In this document: positions 38,879 to 47,821 of the stretch, piece after piece
Layout of the letters: each line of letters begins with the position of its first letter
Position numbering within the stretch: the stretch's first letter is position 1
Origin: Bacilli bacterium
GTDB lineage: Bacteria > Bacillota_I > Bacilli_A > RFN20 > CAG-826
Direction: 5' to 3'
DNA: 53,635 nucleotides
Assembly: GCA_017540455.1 (NCBI GenBank)
Contig: JAFYAZ010000026.1
Location: 1 to 53,635 of the forward strand
Notes under the pieces: model-generated
Database searches by the model: none
Told to the model about the DNA's origin: nothing
What the model saw: only the letters and a program-made list of their open reading frames with translations
Position numbers and translations under genes: made by a program

Positions 38879-40852
38879 TTAGGCAATAAGTTTGGCAATC
38901 TTGGCCGCGACTTTCTCAGCGGTGAAGCCACAGACATCCATAACTTCGTCAGCTGGAGCGCTGTAGCCGAATTCATCCTGAGAGATGACGTTGTCGGCAT
39001 ATTTGTACCAGGAGAGTCCGCTTAACATCTCGATAGCAACACGCTTAGCTTTTGGAAGGGTGATGATAGCATCCTTCTTTTCCTGTGGGAGCTTATCGAA
39101 ACGCTCGCAGCTTGGCATGGAGATGACGCTGGCTTTGATGCCTTTCTCTTTGAGAAGAGCGGCAGCATCAAGGGCAAGGCCGACTTCACTGCCAGAGGCG
39201 ATGAGTTCAAGATCGGCTTTCTCTTCCTTCTTTTCGACGTAAGCACCATCGGCAACGGTCTTGAGAGAAGACTTTTCGAGGTTGCGGAGGTTCTGACGGG
39301 AAAGGATGAGACAGACTGGGTGATCTTTGGTCTCGAGAGCTAAACGCCAAGCGGCGAAGCACTCTTTGGTATCGGCTGGACGGATTACCTCGACGCCTGG
39401 GATGCTTCTGAGAGCAACAAGCTGTTCGATTGGTTCGTGGGTTGGGCCATCTTCGCCAACGGCGATGCTGTCGTGGGAGAAGAGATAAATGGCTGGTAAG
39501 TGTTGGATGGCACTCATACGAATGGCGTTCTTCATGTAGTCGCTGAAGACTAAGAAGCAGCCAACATAGGTGGTTAAACCACCGTGGAGTAAGATACCAT
39601 TTTGGGCAGCAGCCATGGCGAATTCGCGGATACCCCAGTTAACGTTCTTGGCGGAACGGTGTTCGGAATCGAAACCTGGGTCGCCTGGGATAGCAGTCTT
39701 GACACTGGAGGCAACGTCAGCACTTCCACCAAAGGTGAATGGGATGTTGGCAGCGACTTCGACGAGCATACGGCCACTGGAATTACGGGTGGCTTCTGGT
39801 TTCTCGGCGACGGATGGATCAGCGAACTTGAAGCCAGAGATGTCGCGTTTGAATGCGGCCTCGAAGACTTTCAACTCCTCTGGGTGAGCTTTGCCATAGG
39901 CAGCATAAGCAGCCTTATAATCGGCATAGGCTTTGGCACCACGCTTGCCAAGGTTCTCGTCGAACTCAGCGTAGGTGGATTCTGGAACGGTGAATGGAGG
40001 GAAATCGAAACCAAGGGCTTTCTTGGTGGCAGCGCCTAATTCCTCTCCTAAAGGAGAACCGTGGGTGGTGTGGCTTCCGGCTTTTGGAGAACCATAACCG
40101 ATGACGGTGTTGATAAGAATCATGGTTGGAGCGTCGCAATGCTTGCGGGCTTCAGTTAAAGCGGCGTCGATCTCGTCGAGGTCGTTGCCATCTTTGACTT
40201 CGAGGACATTCCACTGCATGGCTTTGAAACGAAGGATCTCGTCTTCGGTCATGGAGTTGCTGGTTGGACCATCAAGGGTGGAAGTGTTCTTATCATAGAT
40301 AAGGATAAGCTTGCCAAGCTTCTGCATGCCGGCAAGGGAGATAGCTTCCTGGGCAATACCTTCTTCTAAGCAGCCATCGCCACAGAGACAGTAGGTAAAG
40401 TGATTCATGATCTTCTCGCCTTCAGCGTAGGAAGCACGAATCTTTTCTTCGGCCATAGCCATACCAACGGCTTGGGCAACGCCCTGTCCTAAAGGACCGC
40501 CGGTGGCATCAACGCCTTTGGTCCAGCCAAATTCTGGGTGGCCTGGGGTCTTGGAGTTGAGCTGACGGAACTGTTTGATGTCATCAAGGCTGACTTCGTA
40601 ACCGGCGACATGGAGCATAGCGTAGAGAAGAGCGCTGTTATGTCCGCTGGAGAGAACGAAGCGGTCGCGGTTGATCCATTCTGGATGCTTTGGATCAGCG
40701 ACAATGTGGTTCTTATAAAGAACATAGAGGGCTGGAGCGATATCAAGCGCCATGCCTGGGTGGCCGCTGTTGGCCTTGTTGATCTCGTCAATTACGAGAG
40801 CACGGATGGCGCTGACTGCGAGCGCATCCTTTTCATTGAAGTGACTAATCAT
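38879..40852 (-). CDS. tkt: Transketolase
   Basis: SGHPG, RDRFVLSSGH, TPGHPE, GDGCLEEG, GIREFAM and HDSIAVGEDGPTHEP motifs. Confidence 0.97.
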   Translation of the reverse strand: MISHFNEKDALAVSAIRALVIDEINKANSGHPGMALDIAPALYVLYKNHIVADPKHPEWINRDRFVLSSGHNSALLYAMLHVAGYEVSLDDIKQFRQLNSKTPGHPEFGWTKGVDATGGPLGQGVAQAVGMAMAEEKIRASYAEGEKIMNHFTYCLCGDGCLEEGIAQEAISLAGMQKLGKLILIYDKNTSTLDGPTSNSMTEDEILRFKAMQWNVLEVKDGNDLDEIDAALTEARKHCDAPTMILINTVIGYGSPKAGSHTTHGSPLGEELGAATKKALGFDFPPFTVPESTYAEFDENLGKRGAKAYADYKAAYAAYGKAHPEELKVFEAAFKRDISGFKFADPSVAEKPEATRNSSGRMLVEVAANIPFTFGGSADVASSVKTAIPGDPGFDSEHRSAKNVNWGIREFAMAAAQNGILLHGGLTTYVGCFLVFSDYMKNAIRMSAIQHLPAIYLFSHDSIAVGEDGPTHEPIEQLVALRSIPGVEVIRPADTKECFAAWRLALETKDHPVCLILSRQNLRNLEKSSLKTVADGAYVEKKEEKADLELIASGSEVGLALDAAALLKEKGIKASVISMPSCERFDKLPQEKKDAIITLPKAKRVAIEMLSGLSWYKYADNVISQDEFGYSAPADEVMDVCGFTAEKVAAKIAKLIA

Positions 40853-40915
40853 GTAATTCTCCTTAGTAGATTTTTAGTCAATTTATAGTTTCATTAATAT
40901 TCTAAAGAATATTAT

Positions 40916-42649
40916 TTACTCCTTCTTTAATTCGATACCAACAGTATCGAGTGCCTCTTGGCTAACGCCAGCTGGGGCTTTGGACATAGGATCCACGGCC
41001 TGAAGGTTCTTTGGAAATGCCTCAACATCGCGGATGTTATCAGTTCCAGAAAGGATCATGGACAAGCGGTCAAGACCAAGAGCGAATCCACCGTGTGGCG
41101 GCGCGCCATACTTGAAGGCATCGATGAACCAGCCGAACTTCTTAGCAACGTCTTCATCGGATAAACCGAGAAGTTTGAAGATCTTCCACTGGGTATCGTG
41201 GTCATAGATTCTTAAGGTTCCACCGCCGGCTTCGTATCCGTTGATGCAGATATCGTAAGCATAGGCGAGAACTTTCTCTGGATCGGTATCAAGATAATGG
41301 AGATCCTCGTCGCGTGGACGGGTGAATGGGTGATGCTCAGCTGTGTACTGATCTTCGGTTCCTTCGATTTTATCGAACATTGGGAAGTTGATGACCCAAA
41401 GGAGATCGTAGGTTCCTGGCTTGATTAAGCCCATTTCTTTGGCGAAGCGGGTTCTTAATGCACCAAGACCGAAGTCGACATCACGGCGATATGGTGAGCC
41501 AGCGAATAAGATGAGATCATCCTCATTGAGGGCTAAGGTCTCGATTAATTCTTTCTGAGCGGCTTCATCCATGAACTTGGTGAACGAACCATTTAAGGCT
41601 CCACCATTGTATTTAAGGGACATAACGCCCTTAAGACCGAACTTTCTGGCCTCGACCTGTAGTTCGTCGAGGACCTTACGGCTCGTCTCGGTAGCGTGGT
41701 TAGGAATGACGATGGCACGGATGTATTTGGCATCGTCGAAACCAGCAAAGCTGGTTTTCTTCATGATGGCGTAGACATCTTTTAAGGTTAAGCCATAACG
41801 GGTGTCTGGCTTATCGCTGCCATAAGTGTCCATGGCATCCCAATAATTGATACGGCGGAGAGGAAGTTGGACGTCAAAGTTAACGATTTCTTTGAAATAT
41901 CTCTGAAGCATTCCTTCGCAGAGGGTAAGGATGTCATCTTGTTCCATGAAGGAGCACTCAACGTCGATTTGGGTGAATTCAGGCTGACGGTCAGCGCGTA
42001 AATCTTCGTCACGGAAGCATTTTGCAATTTGGTAATAACGCTCGATTCCACCGATCATAAGTAACTGCTTGAAGAGCTGTGGGGATTGAGGAAGGGCATA
42101 GAAAGAACCGTGGTGAAGACGGGATGGGACGATGTAGTCGCGCGCGCCTTCTGGAGTAGCCAAGTTAAGGATTGGGGTCTCCACTTCCAAGAAGCGGTTC
42201 TTATCAAGGTATTCGTGAGTAAGTTGGACGATCTTGGCTCTGACGCGGAGACGGCGTTGCATCTCTGGGCGGCGGAGATCAAGGTAACGATACTGGAGAC
42301 GGGTTTCCTCCAAAGCGTCGGTCTTATCTGCGATTATGAAAGGCGGGTTCTCGGCCTTGTTGACCACTTTAAGCTCTTTGACGATGATTTCGATCTCGCC
42401 AGTAGGAAGTTTTGGATTTGGCACCTCTTTCTTTGAAACGGTGCCGGTGACAGAAATGACATACTCGTTTCTGACGTCAGGGACTTCGACCCCTTCTTTG
42501 ATCATGAGCTGGACGATACCGGTGTTGTCGCGTAAGTCGATAAACTCGATGGCGCCGAGTCTTCTTCTGGTTGAAACCCAGCCAACAAGCTTTACTTCGC
42601 GGCCAACGTCAGATAAACGTAGCTCGCCATTGTAATCTGTTCTTTCCAT
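40916..42649 (-). CDS. aspS: Aspartyl-tRNA synthetase
   Basis: FIDLRD, RYLDLRR, YALPQSPQLFKQ, FRDEDLRADRQPEF and PPHGGFALGLDR motifs. Confidence 0.97.
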   Translation of the reverse strand: MERTDYNGELRLSDVGREVKLVGWVSTRRRLGAIEFIDLRDNTGIVQLMIKEGVEVPDVRNEYVISVTGTVSKKEVPNPKLPTGEIEIIVKELKVVNKAENPPFIIADKTDALEETRLQYRYLDLRRPEMQRRLRVRAKIVQLTHEYLDKNRFLEVETPILNLATPEGARDYIVPSRLHHGSFYALPQSPQLFKQLLMIGGIERYYQIAKCFRDEDLRADRQPEFTQIDVECSFMEQDDILTLCEGMLQRYFKEIVNFDVQLPLRRINYWDAMDTYGSDKPDTRYGLTLKDVYAIMKKTSFAGFDDAKYIRAIVIPNHATETSRKVLDELQVEARKFGLKGVMSLKYNGGALNGSFTKFMDEAAQKELIETLALNEDDLILFAGSPYRRDVDFGLGALRTRFAKEMGLIKPGTYDLLWVINFPMFDKIEGTEDQYTAEHHPFTRPRDEDLHYLDTDPEKVLAYAYDICINGYEAGGGTLRIYDHDTQWKIFKLLGLSDEDVAKKFGWFIDAFKYGAPPHGGFALGLDRLSMILSGTDNIRDVEAFPKNLQAVDPMSKAPAGVSQEALDTVGIELKKE

Positions 42650-42663
42650 TTTTTCTCCTTTCC

Positions 42664-43977
42664 TTAATGTTCTTCGCAGCAATGATCGTGATGATGGTGA
42701 TGTCCTTCGTGGAAGGCTTTATCGAGTTCTTCCTGAAGGTTCTCTAGGGAGATCTCCTTCTGCTCTTGGCTCTGGAGATTCTTGATCTTAAGGATGCCTT
42801 TGGCCATTTCTTCTTCGCCGACGATAAGGGCGAATTTGGCTTTTAAGTGCTCAGCTTTCTTGAACATAGCGCCGAACTTAAGAGCGGCCAACGGGGTCTC
42901 GGTTGAATAACCGAATGAGCGGCAAGCCATCGTGATTTCGAAGGCAGCATCGAGGACTTTGTCTCCAACAGGCATGACATAGAGGTCAACGCCCTCTTCG
43001 ATGTGGTCGAGAAGATGGCTGTCTTCCATGAGGCTATAGACGCGTTCCAAACCCATGGCAAAGCCAACGCCGGCCAAATCAGGTCCGCCAAGACCTTTGA
43101 TGAGTCCGCCATAGTGACCACCGCCGCAAACTGCGCCGTAGTCTTTGTTTTCTGGGCTGGAAAGGTGAATTTCGAAGACGACTTCGCTGTAGTAATCAAG
43201 TCCGCGGACAAGATTCTCATCGATTTCGTAATCGACTCCCATCGCATTGATGATATTTAAAGTTTCGTAGAAGCGCTTCTCGCTGGCTTCGCTGAGATAA
43301 TCTTTGATTCTTGGAGCGCCTTTGGCGATTTCCTGGTCGTGCTCAACTTTGCAATCGAGGATGCGAAGAGGATTGAGTTTGATACGCTCTTTGCAATCGT
43401 CGCACATCTCATCGAGATGCTCGCTGAAGTATTTGACCAAAGCTTCGCGGTAAGCGGCTCTGGTTTCGTTGTCTCCGAGGGAATTGATCTTAACTTTGAC
43501 GTTCTCAAAGCCAAGCATCTGAAGGGCGCTGACAGCTAAGCAAATGCACTCAGCATCGGCCCTTGAGCTATCTAAACCGACTTCTTCGACACCGAATTGG
43601 TGGAATTGGCGGTAACGGCCAAGCTGTGGTCTTTCATAACGGAAGGCTGGACCTTGGTAATAAAGTTTGAGAGGCAAATCCCCTGCATAAAGTTTGTTCG
43701 AGATGATGGCACGCATGACGCCGGCAGTGAATTCTGGACGGAGGGTAATGCTCCGGTCACCTTTATCAAGGAAGGTGTACATTTCCTTGCGAACGATATC
43801 GCTGCCTTCGCCCGTTCCGCGAGCAAAGACTTCGGTGTATTCCATCGAAGGCACGATTATTTCCTTATAACCGTATAATTCGCAAGCCGCTCCTAAAACG
43901 GCCTCAATGTAACGCATGCCGATGGCTTCTTTGCCATAGATGTCGTGTGTACCTTTGACTGGCTGATAATTTGGCAT
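42664..43977 (-). CDS. hisS: Histidyl-tRNA synthetase
   Basis: KEMYTF, LRPEFTA, FRYERPQLGRYRQFHQFG, LVRGLDYY and GFAMGLER motifs. Confidence 0.97.
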   Translation of the reverse strand: MPNYQPVKGTHDIYGKEAIGMRYIEAVLGAACELYGYKEIIVPSMEYTEVFARGTGEGSDIVRKEMYTFLDKGDRSITLRPEFTAGVMRAIISNKLYAGDLPLKLYYQGPAFRYERPQLGRYRQFHQFGVEEVGLDSSRADAECICLAVSALQMLGFENVKVKINSLGDNETRAAYREALVKYFSEHLDEMCDDCKERIKLNPLRILDCKVEHDQEIAKGAPRIKDYLSEASEKRFYETLNIINAMGVDYEIDENLVRGLDYYSEVVFEIHLSSPENKDYGAVCGGGHYGGLIKGLGGPDLAGVGFAMGLERVYSLMEDSHLLDHIEEGVDLYVMPVGDKVLDAAFEITMACRSFGYSTETPLAALKFGAMFKKAEHLKAKFALIVGEEEMAKGILKIKNLQSQEQKEISLENLQEELDKAFHEGHHHHHDHCCEEH

Positions 43978-43990
43978 GTAACTTTCCTTT

Positions 43991-46231
43991 CTATTTCATG
44001 ACGCGTTCAACGTTGTAAACGCCTTTGATTTCGAGAATTGTTTGGAAGACCTGTAAGATTGTAGCACTATCGCTCACATAAATGGTGAGGTTGACTACGT
44101 CATTCATCGTTTTTTCCATTAAATGGATCTTTAAGTCGGTGACAAGGACACCTCTTGTTGAGAGGGCGCCCATGATATCGACAAGAAGATTCGGACGGTC
44201 GTTGGCGTAGATCCTAACAAGTGCCGGGAATTTCGATGTGACACCTAAATCAGGATTCCAATGAACATCGATGAGACGTGGTTTTCCTTTGGAAACGTTG
44301 GCACAGGACGTCCTATGGACAACAATACCTTTGCCGTTGACGACGTAACCGACGATGTCATCTCCAGGAACAGGCGTGCAGCACTTCGCCAATGAAATGG
44401 CGACATTATCGACGCCATTGACCAAAACCGGCGTTTTGGAATCGGTTTTGACAATTGAAACGAGGTTGGGTTTGGAACTCCTCTTACGCACATGCAAGAA
44501 ATCGACGATGGCAAGAGGCGCTGGGTTTCTGTTGGCGACAAGTTCGTAGAGACCTTCCAGGTTCTTGGCGTTGTAATGTTCAAGGGTTTTCGGGTCGCTA
44601 AGGAGTTTTTCCATCTCCCCTGGACCGATATCTTGCTGACTGAAGGCTTCAAGGCAGCTTTCGCGCCCTTTGGTGATAAGATCATCACGTAAGAAGTCGT
44701 TCTTCTTCTGAATGAAGCGTCTGATATGGGCTTTGGCAGAGGATGTTTTAGCGATCTCAAGCCAGGAATCATTCGGTCCTGGCGCGTTTTTGGCAGTTCT
44801 GATTTCGCAGACATCACCTGTCTTTAGGACAGTAGACAAGGCGGCGTTAGCGCCATTGACGACGGCACCGATCGCGCTTTCTGCGACTTTCGTATGGATG
44901 CGGTATGCGAAGTCAAGGACGGTCGCACCGGCTGGAAGGTCGATAACCTTACCTAACGGAGTGAAGACATAAACATTCGCGTTGAAGACGTCGTGTTCCA
45001 AGGCCGCGATATAGTCTTTGGCGTCGCTGGTTTCGTTTTCGGCACTCATAGAGACGAAGTCACGGAACCAATGGAGCTTTTCTTCGATGTCACGCTGTTC
45101 TTCTTTAGCATTATAGTGCTCGCCTTCCTTATATCTCCAGTGTGCGGCAACACCGCTTTCAGCGACCTCATCCATCTCTTCTGTCCTGATTTGGACTTCG
45201 TAGATGTTGCCATCACCCGAAACGATTGTCGTGTGGAGCGACTGATAAAGGTTTGGCTTCGGCATGGCGATGTAATCTTTAAGACGCCCTGGGACCGGTT
45301 TGTATGTAGCGTGGATGATACCGAGGATGGTATAGCAGTTCATGACACTGTCAGTGATGATACGAATGGCCAAAATATCGTAGAGCTCATCGAAGTTATA
45401 GTGCTTCAGATACATCTTGCGATAAATCGAATAGATCGACTTAATACGGGACTCCATGCGGAACTTGATCTTGTTGTCGAAGAGAAGGTCAGCGATACGT
45501 TTCTGAAGCGCATCGAGTGAGCCTTGGCGGTCCGCTTCCCTTGCATTAAGCAAAGCAAGGATCTCGTTGTATTTGGTCGGCTCTAAATATTTAAGGGATA
45601 AGTCTTCCATCTCGCTTTGCATCTTGTAGATACCAAGACGATGGGCGATCGGAGTGAAAACATCGAGCGTTTCTTTAGAAAGCGCCTGTTGTCTTTCGGG
45701 CTTAAGCGCATCGAGGGTGCGCAAGTTATGGAGACGGTCAGCAAGCTTAACGATGATGACACGGACATCTTTCGCCATACCAAGGAAGATCTTACGATGA
45801 TCTTCGGCTTCGAAATCCTGCTCGGTCCTATGGGAGAGCTTCATGCGCTGAATCTTTGTCAAAGAGTCGACGATAAGCGCGACGTCAGGCGTGAATTCAC
45901 GCTCAATATCCTGAATTGTTGCATCAGTGTCTTCGACAACATCGTGAAGAAGACCGGCCGCAATAGTCTCAGGACCGCACTGGAGCGAGGCTAAGATATA
46001 AGCGACTTCGATTGGATGCTGGATATAAGCTTCACCGCTCTTACGGAAAACACCTTCGTGTTTCTTCGCAGCGAAAAGATAGGCTCTTTCGATCATATCC
46101 CTATCTTTTGGATTCTTAATATAAGTGAAATAGAGCTCTTTGACATCGTCAAAAGAATGCATAGGATAGCCGCCATTAGGCAGTAAAACCTTGCTTTCTT
46201 TCGTTATTTTGGACTCAACTTTGTTATCCAT
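43991..46231 (-). CDS. relA: Bifunctional (p)ppGpp synthetase/hydrolase Rel
   Basis: RKSGEAYIQHP, LHDVVED, KLADRLHN, KDYIAMPK.N.YQSLHT and EVQIRT motifs; TGS and ACT regions; start uncertain (46231 preferred). Confidence 0.95.
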   Translation of the reverse strand: MDNKVESKITKESKVLLPNGGYPMHSFDDVKELYFTYIKNPKDRDMIERAYLFAAKKHEGVFRKSGEAYIQHPIEVAYILASLQCGPETIAAGLLHDVVEDTDATIQDIEREFTPDVALIVDSLTKIQRMKLSHRTEQDFEAEDHRKIFLGMAKDVRVIIVKLADRLHNLRTLDALKPERQQALSKETLDVFTPIAHRLGIYKMQSEMEDLSLKYLEPTKYNEILALLNAREADRQGSLDALQKRIADLLFDNKIKFRMESRIKSIYSIYRKMYLKHYNFDELYDILAIRIITDSVMNCYTILGIIHATYKPVPGRLKDYIAMPKPNLYQSLHTTIVSGDGNIYEVQIRTEEMDEVAESGVAAHWRYKEGEHYNAKEEQRDIEEKLHWFRDFVSMSAENETSDAKDYIAALEHDVFNANVYVFTPLGKVIDLPAGATVLDFAYRIHTKVAESAIGAVVNGANAALSTVLKTGDVCEIRTAKNAPGPNDSWLEIAKTSSAKAHIRRFIQKKNDFLRDDLITKGRESCLEAFSQQDIGPGEMEKLLSDPKTLEHYNAKNLEGLYELVANRNPAPLAIVDFLHVRKRSSKPNLVSIVKTDSKTPVLVNGVDNVAISLAKCCTPVPGDDIVGYVVNGKGIVVHRTSCANVSKGKPRLIDVHWNPDLGVTSKFPALVRIYANDRPNLLVDIMGALSTRGVLVTDLKIHLMEKTMNDVVNLTIYVSDSATILQVFQTILEIKGVYNVERVMK

Positions 46232-46273
46232 AACAAGTTGATTATACTCCAATAGAATAGATTCTAAACAAGT

Positions 46274-47821
46274 TTAGAAGGTCTTTTCGCACAAAATATC
46301 TAAACTGCGCCTTCCCCTAAACTCATTTATTCTGAAGACGCATAGCAGATCGACTTTATCTTCCAAGTCAAACGAATCCTCATTGATTCCGAATGAAAAT
46401 AGCCTGACATCGGAGGCAAGCTTAACGGATAAATATCTGCCTTCTTTGATGTATGTGAATGTTTTTGGGTCTAAGTCTTTTAGTAGAAATTTAGGAGTTT
46501 CCCAGCAAAAACCAAATGGACCAAAAGTTTCGATTAAACGGTAACTTTGCATGTTACATTCGCTTAAAAGCAATGAAATGCTGTTTTGTTTCTTTGGAGA
46601 CAGTTTATTCTTCAAAGCTAAGAAGAGCATATCCTTCTTAAAAGCGTCAAAATCTTTCTTGTTGATGCTGACCCCTGCCGCAAACGGATGACCGCCTTTA
46701 CTGAGCAAAGGAACCCTAACATCATCCAAAGCTTTTACGACGTCAAAGCCTTCTTCACTTCTTAAAGAGCCAACAAGAACATCTGGGTTCTTATTCATCT
46801 CTGAGAAAACGCAAACTGGCTTTTTATACATGGCGAGGAGTTTTGAGGCGAGAAGACCGTTAAGACCTTCAGGCATATCCGCCTTCACGATGATGGCGCT
46901 GTCGTTCTCGTTGATCTCGATTGTTTCCTCTGCTTCTTTAGTGACTTCTTTTCTTCTCTCGTTCACGTCATTCAAATAACGCGCGAGCGCGCCTCTGTCC
47001 GCAAGATCGTTGGCAAAGTAATGAAGGAGCCTATTGACCTCAGTTCCTTTTTCCAGTCTTCCCACCGCATTGATCTTTGGGCAGATTTCCATTTGGAAGG
47101 TTGAGACGTCGAAGTGACGTTTATCTGTGAGCAATGTTAAAACCTCAGGCGGTTCTTTGTTGATAATGTCTAACATCAGTCTCACGAGTTCGCGGTTATG
47201 GCCTCTAATAGGCATCATGTCGCTTATTGTTGAGATCGCGCCAAGGACGAGAAGATAATTGTCGACCTTTCCTAAGAGAGCGACGCTAAACAAGAAAGAA
47301 AGATATCCGGCGCTTATTGGGTATTCTCCGTAGGAGAGTGTATCAGGATGGATGACGATATCGCATTCCGGCTTCACGTCATCAAATTCATGGTGATCGA
47401 GAATAATGACTTCAACGCCAAGCTCTTTGGCACATTTAAGCGCATCATGGGCCGTGACGCCATTATCACAAGTGAAGATAAAGGAGAATCCTTTAGCGGC
47501 GATTTTCTTGACGTTCTCGACAGTCAATCCATAACCATCTAGATATCTCGAAGGAAGATAACCGCTGGCATCGATTCCGAATTCCTTAAAGGATCTAAGC
47601 AAGATTGAGGTACTGCAAACGCCATCAGCGTCATAATCGCCATAGATAAGGACTTTCTCATGAGAGTCACGGGCTTTGAGCAAACGCTCAATGGCCTTTT
47701 TGACTATTGGATGGTCGTCGATCAAAGGGATTGAACGAAAAGAAGGAGGAAGTATGAGTTTCTCATACTCCTCCCTCGAAAGACCGTAGTAATTGAGCAA
47801 ACGCTCGAGCAAGCCTTCCAT
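46274..47821 (-). CDS. recJ: ssDNA exonuclease RecJ (DHH family)
   Basis: GDYDADG, GYGL, DNG, DHH, INAVGRL, GSLRS and GGHPFAAG motifs; secDF-recJ-rel context. Confidence 0.92.
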   Translation of the reverse strand: MEGLLERLLNYYGLSREEYEKLILPPSFRSIPLIDDHPIVKKAIERLLKARDSHEKVLIYGDYDADGVCSTSILLRSFKEFGIDASGYLPSRYLDGYGLTVENVKKIAAKGFSFIFTCDNGVTAHDALKCAKELGVEVIILDHHEFDDVKPECDIVIHPDTLSYGEYPISAGYLSFLFSVALLGKVDNYLLVLGAISTISDMMPIRGHNRELVRLMLDIINKEPPEVLTLLTDKRHFDVSTFQMEICPKINAVGRLEKGTEVNRLLHYFANDLADRGALARYLNDVNERRKEVTKEAEETIEINENDSAIIVKADMPEGLNGLLASKLLAMYKKPVCVFSEMNKNPDVLVGSLRSEEGFDVVKALDDVRVPLLSKGGHPFAAGVSINKKDFDAFKKDMLFLALKNKLSPKKQNSISLLLSECNMQSYRLIETFGPFGFCWETPKFLLKDLDPKTFTYIKEGRYLSVKLASDVRLFSFGINEDSFDLEDKVDLLCVFRINEFRGRRSLDILCEKTF

